DNA of 33,091 bases. Origin: an uncultured Clostridia bacterium (GTDB lineage: Bacteria > Bacillota > Clostridia > Oscillospirales > Acutalibacteraceae). Location: assembly GCA_945926705.1 (NCBI GenBank), contig CAMEMA010000001.1, positions 1-33,091 of the forward strand. The letters run 5' to 3'. How positions within the stretch are numbered: position 1 is the stretch's first letter; the number at the start of each line of letters is the position of its first letter. The notes under the pieces were generated by a model. The model was not told the origin of the DNA, searched no databases, and saw only the letters and a program-made list of their open reading frames with translations. Made by a program: the position numbers and the translations under genes. This document shows positions 16,574 through 25,980 of the stretch, piece after piece.

Positions 16574-19500
16574 TCAAATTATTTTTGAAAAGCTTTCATT
16601 AAGATAAAAAGAATATATTATAAGTTCTTTTACCTTGATTCCTGAAATTTTTTCAAGAGCATATTTATACAGATTGAGTTGTGTGGAATATTTTTTATAT
16701 AAATCTTCGATATTTTCAGTTTTATCAGTTTTATAATCGACTATTACGTATTTTTCGTTTTCTTGAAAAGCGCAGTCCAAAGCTCCTTGCATAAAGATAA
16801 AATTGTCTGAATTTTTTTCAGATAAAGCATGTTTATTTAACAGTTCGGGATGGATTTTTACAGAAAATCTTTTTTCTCGTACTGTTTTTTTGCTTTGCAT
16901 TATTCTTTTTGCAAGCGGAGAATTTATAAATTTTTGAATTTTTCTTATATTTAAACTTTCCGATTCTTGAACGGTTAAAAATCCTTCTGATAAAAGACGA
17001 TGAACTTCTGATTTTGCTCCATTTATCATTGCATTTTTTAAGTTTGAAAAACACATAAATTTGTGCAGAGCAGTACCTTTTTGTGCAGCAGTAAAATTTT
17101 TTTCCGTAGCAAAAGATGGTATGGAGCTTGCTGTATATTGTTCCCAATCGCCGCTTTGAGTAATCATGGAAGCTGATATTTTGAGCGGCAAATTTACAAA
17201 TTCTTTATAAGGATAGACAAAGTCAAATCTTTTATTTATAATTTTTTCCCATTCCGGGTCGAAATTCTCAGATGGATTTTTTTCTTCTCTGTATTCTTCA
17301 TAATTCTCTGTGTTATTTGTAGATTCAAGTTCGGGAGAAATCAAATTGATATCCCAGTTCAAATATTTTGAGGTTTTTTCTGAGATATATTCATTTAAAT
17401 TCATAACATTGCAAAGTTTATTTCTGAGTGTGCTTTGGCATATGCACAAAATTATCCAAGACGCAAAAGAACTTGAATTTTTTACTTCAATTGGTGAGAT
17501 AAAGTTATTATTTTGAGTTAATATTAAACTTTTTTCAATTATTTTGATGGGTTCTTTTATGGAAGCTATTAAAAAAAGTTTTTGCTTTGCTCTGGTTAAA
17601 GCAACATAAAAAATGCGCATTTCTTCAGAAATATCTTCATTTTGGTTTTGAGAAAATACAGTTTTTCTCATTAAATTATCAAATTGTAAAGTTCCTTCGT
17701 CGTTTTTTAGTTTCATGGCGAGACCAAATTCTGAATTAATAATTACTTTATTTTTATCAAAATTAAATTTTTTCCCACATCCCGCTACTATGCACACCGG
17801 AAATTCAAGACCTTTTGATTTGTGAATACTCATTATTTTGACTGTATTTTCATATTCAGAAGATATTGAAGCAGATTCCAAATCGGATTTTTTTTGTTTT
17901 ATATTTTCTATGTAATCTAAAAATCCCGATAATCCTTTGTGATACTGATTTTCGAATTTTTCTGCATATTGGACTAAAAGTTCAAGATTTGATTTTTTAA
18001 TCTCTCCTTTTGGTTTTGCAAGACATAGAGCCGGGTAATCGGTATCTTGATATATGAATTCAATTAATTCTCCGCAAGGAACTGTGCAAGACATTTTTCT
18101 CCAGTAATTTATTTTTTCTAAAAAATCCGTACATTTTTTAATTCCGTTTTCGGATGATTTTTTTACTGCAAAATAAAATAAATTATTTCTTTCAGATTTT
18201 CGAATTTCACTGAGTTCATCTATACTAAATCCAAATATTGGACTTATCATTGCGGATATCAGCGGTATATCTTGAACTGGATTGTTTATTGTTTGGAGGA
18301 TTGAAATTATATTGGAAATTTCAGAGGTATCGAGAAATTTTTCTTTGGTTTCCGACCAAGCCGGTATACCTTGTTCTAAAAGTCTTGAAGCGTAAATGTG
18401 GGCATGAGCGCTTGAACTTCGCATGAGTATACAAAAATCAGAATAGGTTATGGGTCTTTCGGTTCCATTTTCCATTACCTTATATTTTTTATGAATCATT
18501 TCTGTAATTTTTTCTGCAATAAAATCGGCTTCAAGAATATCTGAATTTTCCTGAGATTTAGAGGTATCTATTATTGAAAAATTTATATCACATTCATCGT
18601 TTTGAATTTCTTCTTTGCATAGACCCGGAACTAGTTTTTCTTCGTCATTGTACTTTATTTCTCCGACTTCCTCAGACATAATGTTTTCAAAAATAAAATT
18701 TATACTGTTTATAATTTTTGGGTTGCTTCTGAAATTTTTCCCCAAAATTATTTTAGCCGGATAATTGTTTTCTTCTTTGGAATAAAGTTGATAATCTCTT
18801 TTTTTTCTTAAGAATATTTGAGGTTTAGAATGTCTAAATTTATATATGCTTTGTTTAACGTCGCCCACACAAAACATTTTATTGTTATTGTTTATGAGTT
18901 TAAATATGGTATTTTGAATTTCGTTTATGTCCTGATACTCATCTACCATTATTTCTTCGTATCTGTTTGAAATTTCCAAAGCTATATCGCTTGGTTTTAT
19001 TTCGCCTGAATCGTCGATATCTTTTGAAAGAAGTTTTATGGTCCAGTGTTCTAAATCGCTATAGTCGGCAATATTTTTAATGGTTTTGAGGTAAGAAATT
19101 TCCTCGCAGAAATAGTTTGTAACTTCAAAAAGAGTCTTTGTTACGATTTTAAATTTTTCCAATGCGTTTATTGTTCCAATTTCAGAAAATATAAAGTATT
19201 TTTTAATATTTTCAATTAGATTTTTAGCGTATTTTCGTTTTTCAGATATTATATTTTTCTCAAAATCGCAGTCTTTACATCTTAATGGTTTAAGTTTAGA
19301 AAATGAAAACTGAGTAATTTTCTCTGAAATTTTATCCCAACTTTCAATGTTTAATGATTCCATAATTGAATTTACTTCTGATAAATCTTTTTCAATAGCT
19401 TCACCGTAAGATTTTTGTATATTCTCGTTTTTTAGAGAAATATTTTTTATTTGAAAAAGTGTTTTTTGAATTTCTGTAAATGATTTTTTTGCAAAATTGA

Positions 19501-20143
19501 TAGCAATTTTTCCCCACGGAGAATTTTTTACAGATGTGATATTTTCATACATTTTACAAATATTATTCATCCATTTTTCAGGGAAAGGTAAAGAACGTGT
19601 AAAATCGTATATTTGTTCAATTACAAGAGATAAAGAGTTGTCGTTTTTTTCATTTCCAAAAAGATTTGCGGTATATATAAAATCGGGATTTTGAAATTCA
19701 TAAAAATCATTTAGAGTTTTTTCCATTGCTTTATTTTTTATAATGGAAATTTCACTTTCTTCAGCGATTCTAAATTTTGGAGATATTCCGAGTTTATAAA
19801 AATTTTCCCGTATGATGCTTGCGCAAAAGCTGTGAATTGTACCCAGCGAAGCACATTTTAACATTATTTGTTGATTGCTAAGATGAGAATTTTGTGGATT
19901 TTTGCTTATCATTTCAGAAAGTCTTACTGATATGCGACTTTTCATTTCTTGTGCGGCAGCTTTTGTGAAAGTAACTATTAGAAATTTATCTATATCTATT
20001 GGATTTTCCGAGTCCGTTATTTGTTTTATGACTCTTTCTACAAGTACAGAAGTTTTTCCCGAACCCGCCGCTGCTGATACCAGTATACTTCCGCTTGTGG
20101 AATTTATAGCGTTTTCTTGCTCCGGTGTCCATTTGTTGCTCAT
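16574..20143 (-). CDS. addA: ATP-dependent helicase/nuclease AddA
   Basis: 1189 aa. UvrD-type helicase motifs (AAAGSGKTSVL, VDEYQD, TIHKSKGLEF) and a C-terminal RecB nuclease motif (GALDCAF..VIVDYKTD). It starts 4 nt after the addB stop. Confidence 0.9.
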   Translation of the reverse strand: MSNKWTPEQENAINSTSGSILVSAAAGSGKTSVLVERVIKQITDSENPIDIDKFLIVTFTKAAAQEMKSRISVRLSEMISKNPQNSHLSNQQIMLKCASLGTIHSFCASIIRENFYKLGISPKFRIAEESEISIIKNKAMEKTLNDFYEFQNPDFIYTANLFGNEKNDNSLSLVIEQIYDFTRSLPFPEKWMNNICKMYENITSVKNSPWGKIAINFAKKSFTEIQKTLFQIKNISLKNENIQKSYGEAIEKDLSEVNSIMESLNIESWDKISEKITQFSFSKLKPLRCKDCDFEKNIISEKRKYAKNLIENIKKYFIFSEIGTINALEKFKIVTKTLFEVTNYFCEEISYLKTIKNIADYSDLEHWTIKLLSKDIDDSGEIKPSDIALEISNRYEEIMVDEYQDINEIQNTIFKLINNNNKMFCVGDVKQSIYKFRHSKPQIFLRKKRDYQLYSKEENNYPAKIILGKNFRSNPKIINSINFIFENIMSEEVGEIKYNDEEKLVPGLCKEEIQNDECDINFSIIDTSKSQENSDILEADFIAEKITEMIHKKYKVMENGTERPITYSDFCILMRSSSAHAHIYASRLLEQGIPAWSETKEKFLDTSEISNIISILQTINNPVQDIPLISAMISPIFGFSIDELSEIRKSERNNLFYFAVKKSSENGIKKCTDFLEKINYWRKMSCTVPCGELIEFIYQDTDYPALCLAKPKGEIKKSNLELLVQYAEKFENQYHKGLSGFLDYIENIKQKKSDLESASISSEYENTVKIMSIHKSKGLEFPVCIVAGCGKKFNFDKNKVIINSEFGLAMKLKNDEGTLQFDNLMRKTVFSQNQNEDISEEMRIFYVALTRAKQKLFLIASIKEPIKIIEKSLILTQNNNFISPIEVKNSSSFASWIILCICQSTLRNKLCNVMNLNEYISEKTSKYLNWDINLISPELESTNNTENYEEYREEKNPSENFDPEWEKIINKRFDFVYPYKEFVNLPLKISASMITQSGDWEQYTASSIPSFATEKNFTAAQKGTALHKFMCFSNLKNAMINGAKSEVHRLLSEGFLTVQESESLNIRKIQKFINSPLAKRIMQSKKTVREKRFSVKIHPELLNKHALSEKNSDNFIFMQGALDCAFQENEKYVIVDYKTDKTENIEDLYKKYSTQLNLYKYALEKISGIKVKELIIYSFYLNESFSKII

Positions 20144-20147
20144 ATTT

Positions 20148-23100
20148 TTAATTTTCCTTTTCGATTATTTTTTCTAAAGCTTTTTTGTTTGTCATATTTG
20201 TAGGTATTTCATTAAATATCCCTTTTTCGTAGCAACATATTGGAAAGTAGCAGCACTTTTCACATGCAGTGTATCCTTTTGAAATCGGTCTTGCTGATAC
20301 TTTCCCGTTTTGTAGATTGCTCACCATTTCGGTTATTAGTTTTTGAGAGTAATCTGATATTAGACGCAGTTCTTTGGAATTTATTGTAGATTGTGATTTT
20401 TTTATTTCTCCATTTTTAATTTCAGCAGGTATAAAAATTCCTTTTCCGTCTTTTTCCATTCCCAAAATTGATTCGGTATCGTCTAAAATCAAGCCGTTCA
20501 TGCATAATTTTTCAAAAATTTTAATTGTTTCCGTTTGATGGGATTCTGTTTCTATTGCATCTATAACTGGTTTTAAAGCGGTAAAATATAACATACCTGC
20601 CGGAATTATTTTACCGTATTTTTTTTCACCGTTTTTTTTGAGAGCTGTTAAATATATAAGCATTTGCATGTTTAGACCGAATAAAATATCTGATAATTTA
20701 AATTCTTTTACACCTGTTTTGTAATCAACGATTCTTACATAAGTTCCTTTTTGAGATTTCATAATGTCCACACGGTCAATTTTACCTTCGATAGTAATAA
20801 CTGTTCCGTTTGGCATATTTATTTTTAACGGAGGTATTTCTCCTTTTTCTGCTATTTGCAGTTCAAGGTCTGAAAGCGCAAAAGAGCTTTGTTCAAACTC
20901 TTTTACAAAATATTTTGCGAGAAAAATAAGAGAGGAATTTAATTTTTTTATGCCGTGTAAAAATCTCTGAGGTTTACCATCTATTCCGCCCAAATTTTTT
21001 TCTATGTAATGTTTGGTAATTGATTCTATTTCAGATTTAATTTCTTCTTCCGGAGCGGATACAATTGCGTGATTTGGATATTTTTTAAATAATTTTTCTA
21101 AAGAATAGTGTATTATATTTCCGTATTCGATTGCTCCAAACGAAGCTTTTTTTAAAGGCTTTGCTTCCAATGCGTATTGGCAAAAATAACTAAATCGACA
21201 ATTATAATATTTTTCTATTTGAGATGCAGAAAGCTTAATTTGTTTTCCGAAAAAATTTTCTGCTCTTTCGGGATTTTCAAAATCAAGAGGTTTGTTTAAA
21301 AATATTTTTTCCAAAGCTTTATATTTTTCTCTATATGCTCCATCTTGTACGTAGTATTTTTTAAGTTCATTTGAAAATGACGAGTTTTTTCCAAAGTTTG
21401 TGGCCAGTATTTCAAAAGACGGTTTTTGTTTCCAAATTTTTTCTTTAGGACCTGAACTATAGCGGTTCATTATTTTTATTTTGGGGAAAATTTGTATTAT
21501 CTCTTTTATAATTTCAGACGGAATATTTCCTTTACCGGAAAAGTTTGATGAGGGCCAACTTACAAATAATTTTTCAGAAGCATTTGAAATTGCCATATAG
21601 GCGAGAAATCTTTCTTGAATTAAAAAAGTTTTTGCACTGTCTGTAATTTCAACTCCTAAAGAAGCCATTAGATTTATTTCAGATTCTGTGAATACAGCTA
21701 AAGAATCGGGAGTTTTGGGAAATTCCCCATTAACTGCACCTATTAAAAATACAGTTTTTACGCTTGAAAGACGTACTGTATCGGCTTGACCTATAACAAC
21801 ACTATCTAGACTTTGGGGAATAGTAGAAACTGTAACAGAACTCGAAACCGAACGAAGTACGTCTGCATATTTTTTGACTGAGATTTTTGTATTTTGAAAT
21901 ATCTCAGAAATTTTACTTAAAATATTCATTGCGCAATCCCAAGCGCCGGATTCACATTGAGCTTCTGTTGACTTATTGGCTTTAGCCAGGTTTTTACATA
22001 GATTTTTTAAATTTTCCGCTGCATTTACATCTAAAAGAAGTTCATAAATAGATTTTGATATTTTATCTGCGGTTGTACGTTTTGTCTTGTCGTAAAAATT
22101 TTTAAGAGGGTATATTATTTTCTTACGGAGTTCATTAATATTTTCGAGTTCGTTTTTGCTTTCTTCATTCCATGTTCTTTCAAATCCTTTGGGGTGCATT
22201 GTGAAGTCCTCAAACCACGAATTACCTGTTATATTCCAAAGAAAAATATAGTTTTCAACTATAGATATTTCTTCTGTTGATAAATTTACAAGACCTGATT
22301 TTAAAAATCTGAAAATTTCCTGTGAATCAAATTCCGAAGCAACGGTATCAAGCGCTGAAAATATCAGATTCATAATACTTTTATGAAAAATTGTATTGGG
22401 AGAATTTAGAAAATATGGTATATCGTATTTTTTAAAAGTGCTTTTTAAAATACTTTTGTAATTTTCCATATTTCTTACGATTACAGCAAAATCTTTAAAT
22501 CTGCAATTTTCAGTCATAACTGATTTTGCTATGTTTCTTGCTACATATTCACATTCTTCTGATTGGTTCAAAGCGTTGTATATTTCGATATTTTGAGGAA
22601 CTATTTTACTTGAAGATTTTCCAGGACAGAACATATTTTCTTGTAAAATTAAAAGGTCTTTTTTATTGAATTTTGAATTTTTTTGTAAAATTATAGGTTC
22701 GGAAATTTCAACAGAAGTTGAGCGTGCATCTTTTTGAATTTTTTTTATTGTTTGATAAACGTTGAAGAATAAATTTTTTTCATCGTAATTTTGAATAGAA
22801 GCATCAAAGCAAAATGCCATGTATATATTTTTAGCTTGACGGAGTATTATTTTTAATATGCTGCTTTGCTGGGGTGTAAAACTGCTGAACTCATCGAAGA
22901 ATATATCATATTCTTTAAAAATATTATTTTTTATTATAACATCTTCGAGTTTATTTAAGTTGTCTAAAGAGTCTTCAAATTTATTTTTTGTAAGTTCTTC
23001 ATAGGAATTGATTATTATTTTTATTTCGGATATTTTTTGTTTAAGAGTATCATTATAATCGAGCTGTTGAATTTTATTTAATTGTTCAAAATTTATTTTG

Positions 23101-23486
23101 TGAGTTTTGAACTCTTCCATTGTATGTAGCATTAGCTCTGCCACAGCCGAATCGGCATAATTTTTTTTATATAGACTCAAATTTTTTCGAGCTCGTTCCA
23201 GCGCACAGTTCATAGTTACTATTTTTGTTGTATCTTCCGGTGCAGGCAATGCCGGAATTTCTAATTTTGTAGACACAAAATCGTATAGCCTTGAAAAACT
23301 CAAAACTTCAGTTTTGTTAAAATCATTATTTCCCAAAATTTTAAGCATTTTTTTTTCGTTTTCGAAAGAGCTTTGTTCGGGAACGATAAGTATTGTTTTT
23401 TTACCTGATTTAATTTTATTTTTTATCATATCTGTTATGATTTTTGATTTTCCCGTTCCACATTTTCCAAGAATAAATTGAAGCAA
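20148..23486 (-). CDS. addB: ATP-dependent helicase/nuclease AddB
   Basis: 1112 aa. N-terminal GKCGTGKS. C-terminal nuclease (VDYKTG) bracketed by Fe-S cysteines (CRFSYFC ... CEKCCYFPIC). TTG start 8 nt after GGGAGG. Confidence 0.9.
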   Translation of the reverse strand: MLQFILGKCGTGKSKIITDMIKNKIKSGKKTILIVPEQSSFENEKKMLKILGNNDFNKTEVLSFSRLYDFVSTKLEIPALPAPEDTTKIVTMNCALERARKNLSLYKKNYADSAVAELMLHTMEEFKTHKINFEQLNKIQQLDYNDTLKQKISEIKIIINSYEELTKNKFEDSLDNLNKLEDVIIKNNIFKEYDIFFDEFSSFTPQQSSILKIILRQAKNIYMAFCFDASIQNYDEKNLFFNVYQTIKKIQKDARSTSVEISEPIILQKNSKFNKKDLLILQENMFCPGKSSSKIVPQNIEIYNALNQSEECEYVARNIAKSVMTENCRFKDFAVIVRNMENYKSILKSTFKKYDIPYFLNSPNTIFHKSIMNLIFSALDTVASEFDSQEIFRFLKSGLVNLSTEEISIVENYIFLWNITGNSWFEDFTMHPKGFERTWNEESKNELENINELRKKIIYPLKNFYDKTKRTTADKISKSIYELLLDVNAAENLKNLCKNLAKANKSTEAQCESGAWDCAMNILSKISEIFQNTKISVKKYADVLRSVSSSVTVSTIPQSLDSVVIGQADTVRLSSVKTVFLIGAVNGEFPKTPDSLAVFTESEINLMASLGVEITDSAKTFLIQERFLAYMAISNASEKLFVSWPSSNFSGKGNIPSEIIKEIIQIFPKIKIMNRYSSGPKEKIWKQKPSFEILATNFGKNSSFSNELKKYYVQDGAYREKYKALEKIFLNKPLDFENPERAENFFGKQIKLSASQIEKYYNCRFSYFCQYALEAKPLKKASFGAIEYGNIIHYSLEKLFKKYPNHAIVSAPEEEIKSEIESITKHYIEKNLGGIDGKPQRFLHGIKKLNSSLIFLAKYFVKEFEQSSFALSDLELQIAEKGEIPPLKINMPNGTVITIEGKIDRVDIMKSQKGTYVRIVDYKTGVKEFKLSDILFGLNMQMLIYLTALKKNGEKKYGKIIPAGMLYFTALKPVIDAIETESHQTETIKIFEKLCMNGLILDDTESILGMEKDGKGIFIPAEIKNGEIKKSQSTINSKELRLISDYSQKLITEMVSNLQNGKVSARPISKGYTACEKCCYFPICCYEKGIFNEIPTNMTNKKALEKIIEKEN

Positions 23487-23573
23487 TTTGTTGTCCTCCC
23501 GAAATTCGTATAAAAATTCAACATATATAATATATTAAAAATGATTGTTTATCAAAATTAACTTTATTTTTAG

Positions 23574-23602
23574 TTGACATATTTAATTATAAAGGATATA
23601 CT
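23574..23602 (+). promoter_or_regulatory. Sigma-A promoter of tRNA-Pro
   Basis: TTGACA-17 nt-TATACT, ending 19 nt upstream of the mature tRNA 5' end. Confidence 0.55.
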
Positions 23603-23621
23603 AAGATTGTATCGACTGTAT

Positions 23622-23697
23622 CGAGGTGTAGCTCAGATGGTAGAGTGCTTGGTTTGGGACCAAGATGCCGCAGGTTCGAGTCCTGTCACCTCGACCA
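23622..23697 (+). tRNA. tRNA-Pro (anticodon UGG), CCA encoded
   Basis: Acceptor stem CGAGGTG/CACCTCG, D-arm GCTCAGATGGTAGAGT, anticodon stem-loop CTTGG-TTTGGGA-CCAAG, T-arm GCAGGTTCGAGTCCTGT, then ACCA. 76 nt. Confidence 0.9.
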
Positions 23698-23727
23698 TTT
23701 TTTATTTTATATAAAAGGGTTTTGTTA

Positions 23728-24660
23728 ATGAAGTTTAAAAAATTGTTTTTAGTTTGTATTGTTGGTTGTATTTTAGGAGTTGGACTCTTATTTTTTTATC
23801 ATAAATTTGACGAAAATTGTCCTAAGCTGTCGATTATAGTCCCTGTTTACAATTCCGAAAAATATCTTTCGAAATGTATGGACAGTTTGATATCACAGAC
23901 TTTTGACGATACGGAAATAATATGCATTAATGATGGTTCCAAAGATGGTTCTTTAAACATTTTAAAAGAGTATGCTGCAAAAGATTCTCGTGTTAAAATA
24001 ATAGATCAGTCAAACCAAGGAGTTTCCGCTACCAGAAATAACGGTATATTCGCTGCGAGAGGGAAGTACATAACTTTTGTTGATTCTGATGATTGGCTGG
24101 ATGAATATGCATATAAATCGTGTATGGATGTAGTTCTTAAAGAGAATCCTGAAGTATTCTTTTTCGGATATAGAACGGATGCATCTTCCAAAGCTTCTCC
24201 TTGCATAGATGAATCTTCAATCAGATTTCATGGACGGGATAATATTATAAACGCTTACAAAGAAACACATCCTGCTGTTTGGGATAAGATATTTGACAGA
24301 AAGTTTATTCTGCGAAATGATTTGTTATTTAAAGAAGATATGAGTTATGCGGAAGACCATGTATTTAATTTGATGGCTTTTGCAAAAGCGGATAAAATCA
24401 TAGGCGTTCCGAATCAATTTTACTATTATCGTGAAGATAATCAATCCTCGTTAGTACATGTAATAAACAGTACGAAAAGATTGGAAAATGAAATCAAAGC
24501 AAATAAATATTTGATATCTTATTTCAGAGATTTGGGAATACATGATTTCGATTTGGAGTTTTCAAGACAGATGGGTTTAATTTTTAATCATATAAATAAT
24601 GAAGTTAACGATGAAACCTTGAAAGCTAAATATGCAAAAGAAGTATTCAAAGCTTGTTAG
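23728..24660 (+). CDS. Family 2 glycosyltransferase with an N-terminal TM anchor
   Basis: The motifs LSIIVPVYNSEKYL..C..SL..QT, INDGSKDGS and FVDSDDW are GT-A/GT2 signatures. I place the start at the ATG at 23728, because the track's 23665 start would overlap the tRNA. Confidence 0.8.
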   Translation: MKFKKLFLVCIVGCILGVGLLFFYHKFDENCPKLSIIVPVYNSEKYLSKCMDSLISQTFDDTEIICINDGSKDGSLNILKEYAAKDSRVKIIDQSNQGVSATRNNGIFAARGKYITFVDSDDWLDEYAYKSCMDVVLKENPEVFFFGYRTDASSKASPCIDESSIRFHGRDNIINAYKETHPAVWDKIFDRKFILRNDLLFKEDMSYAEDHVFNLMAFAKADKIIGVPNQFYYYREDNQSSLVHVINSTKRLENEIKANKYLISYFRDLGIHDFDLEFSRQMGLIFNHINNEVNDETLKAKYAKEVFKAC

Positions 24661-24688
24661 TTTTTAAAAACATAAAAATGCAGTAGAA

Positions 24689-24714
24689 AGCTCGCCAAGC
24701 GGCGAGCTGTTTTT
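24689..24714 (+). terminator. Intrinsic terminator of the GT2 gene
   Basis: agctcgcc-aagc-ggcgagct followed by GTTTTTG. Confidence 0.8.
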
Positions 24715-24783
24715 GAGTAAAAATATCAAAATAATTTCCAATTTATATATACGATAGGAAATGTTTATGTGTTGATTTGATTA

Positions 24784-25065
24784 TTAAAGTTCTTTAAGTT
24801 GCCATCCGCCTTGTGAGATAAGTTCTATGTTTTTAAGTTCTATGGATTCCCATGGCTCATATTCTGCCTGTTCAAAATTCCATAAAGCATCATATAAGTT
24901 TGGTGGACGTTTTTTATATGCTCCTTTTGCTTTTGGATGGTTGAGTATTATTTTTTTTGTTTTTTCAAAGTTTTCTTTTGGTATGAGACGTATATCGGTT
25001 TGATAACTTCCAACTTTAATGCTATAATATTTCTCATTTTCTTTGTAAAGTAATTTGTCGATCAA
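24784..25065 (-). CDS. Hypothetical 93-aa protein with a doubtful start (TTG, no Shine-Dalgarno)
   Basis: The open frame has no ATG anywhere. The only start candidates are TTG at 25065 and ATT at 25074. It lies 88 nt downstream of a consensus promoter (module A). I recognise no family. Confidence 0.4.
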   Translation of the reverse strand: MIDKLLYKENEKYYSIKVGSYQTDIRLIPKENFEKTKKIILNHPKAKGAYKKRPPNLYDALWNFEQAEYEPWESIELKNIELISQGGWQLKEL

Positions 25066-25132
25066 TGTTTTAATTTAGTTATTTTTGAAGTTAATTTGTA
25101 AATTTACAATTCTTATTTCTATTTTTTACATA

Positions 25133-25181
25133 GTATTTCAAAATACATTACTATTATATATATAATTATATATAATGTCAA
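25133..25181 (-). promoter_or_regulatory. Promoter-operator module A: TTGACA-17-TATAAT plus a near-palindrome GTATTTTGAAATAC at about +1
   Basis: On the minus strand the -35 is at 25181..25176, the -10 at 25158..25153 and the palindrome at 25146..25133. The wider module 25133..25209 is nearly identical to 25930..26008. Confidence 0.65.
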
Positions 25182-25288
25182 GTACTTTTTATAAAAATAA
25201 TATAAAATTAATTATTTAATAATTTTTTGCAAGAAAAACCATTTTATTATTTGTTTTTACATTGTTTAATATTTTTAAATATAATTAA

Positions 25289-25897
25289 TTAACGGTTAAA
25301 CCATGCTTTTGCTGTTCCGCGTAGGTCAATTCTTTTTAGTAACAGGTTTGTTAGAGGTTTTCCAAGTTTAAGTTTTTTGATTTTATCTTTAGTATCCCCA
25401 GTAATTTTTACATAATCGATATTTAAAAGATCTTTCATTGCGGTTTCTAGCTTTTGGAGATTGTATTTTAGTTCTTCTTTCATTAGTTCTTTTTTGTCTG
25501 CGTTTAGTTTTTTATTTTTGTCTATTATTTTTTCAATATCTATTTGAAAGGAAGAAATGCCGTTAATTGGACATGTGTATTCTCTTGAGAAAGGTTTACC
25601 TGATTTTGCTGTTACAATTTTCTTTATTCTATCAATTAACAGTGGTTTTAGGTCGTCGCTAATATTAAGTTGTTTTATGTTCTTTATAACTTCTGGACCA
25701 ACGGTGACATAATCGATGCCGCCGAAAAGAAGAGTTCGCACTTCGTCTATTATTTGGCTTTGATGTTCTTTTAGTTCATCTTTCGCTTGTTTTTTTTCTT
25801 TTTCGTCTAGTGTTTTGTCGTTTTGTATTTCGGTTAATACATCGTTTATAAATGAATTATTAAAAGTATTAAAATTATTAAATGGATTATTATTCAT
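25289..25897 (-). CDS. Hypothetical 202-aa protein with an Asn-rich N-terminus and two tandem ~66-aa repeats
   Basis: I take the ATG at 25897 (AGGA 10 nt upstream) over the track's GTG at 25906. The internal repeat is visible by eye: KK..K(D/E)ELK...LL..IDYV...G....IK.L.....L..LL..RI....TAK. I recognise no family. Confidence 0.6.
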   Translation of the reverse strand: MNNNPFNNFNTFNNSFINDVLTEIQNDKTLDEKEKKQAKDELKEHQSQIIDEVRTLLFGGIDYVTVGPEVIKNIKQLNISDDLKPLLIDRIKKIVTAKSGKPFSREYTCPINGISSFQIDIEKIIDKNKKLNADKKELMKEELKYNLQKLETAMKDLLNIDYVKITGDTKDKIKKLKLGKPLTNLLLKRIDLRGTAKAWFNR

Positions 25898-25929
25898 TAA
25901 AATCACATCCTGTTCTTAAAATTTTGTTT

Positions 25930-25980
25930 GTATTTCGAAATACATTACTATTATATATATATATATATATATAAAGTCAA
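25930..25980 (-). promoter_or_regulatory. Promoter-operator module B: TTGACT-19-TATAAT plus the perfect palindrome GTATTTCGAAATAC at about +1
   Basis: On the minus strand the -35 is at 25980..25975, the -10 at 25955..25950 and the palindrome at 25943..25930. The spacer is occupied by (TA)11. Confidence 0.6.
25952..25973. repeat. (TA)11 dinucleotide microsatellite inside the promoter spacer
   Basis: Counted directly: 11 uninterrupted TA units. The paralogous module A has an interrupted tract that is 2 nt shorter. Confidence 0.95.

Noticed and set aside
23665-23727. N-terminal extension of the GT2 ORF (MPQVRVLSPRPFFILYKRVLL)
   Set aside because: These codons are the 3' half of tRNA-Pro read as protein. 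The real start is the ATG at 23728, just before the TM anchor.
25930-25943. Assigning the palindrome GTATTTCGAAATAC to CodY or Spo0A
   Set aside because: The CodY consensus AATTTTCWGAAAATT is 15 bp with a central W, and I count only about 8 of 15 matches. The Spo0A box TGTCGAA is missed by the key G. The resemblance is too loose to name a regulator.
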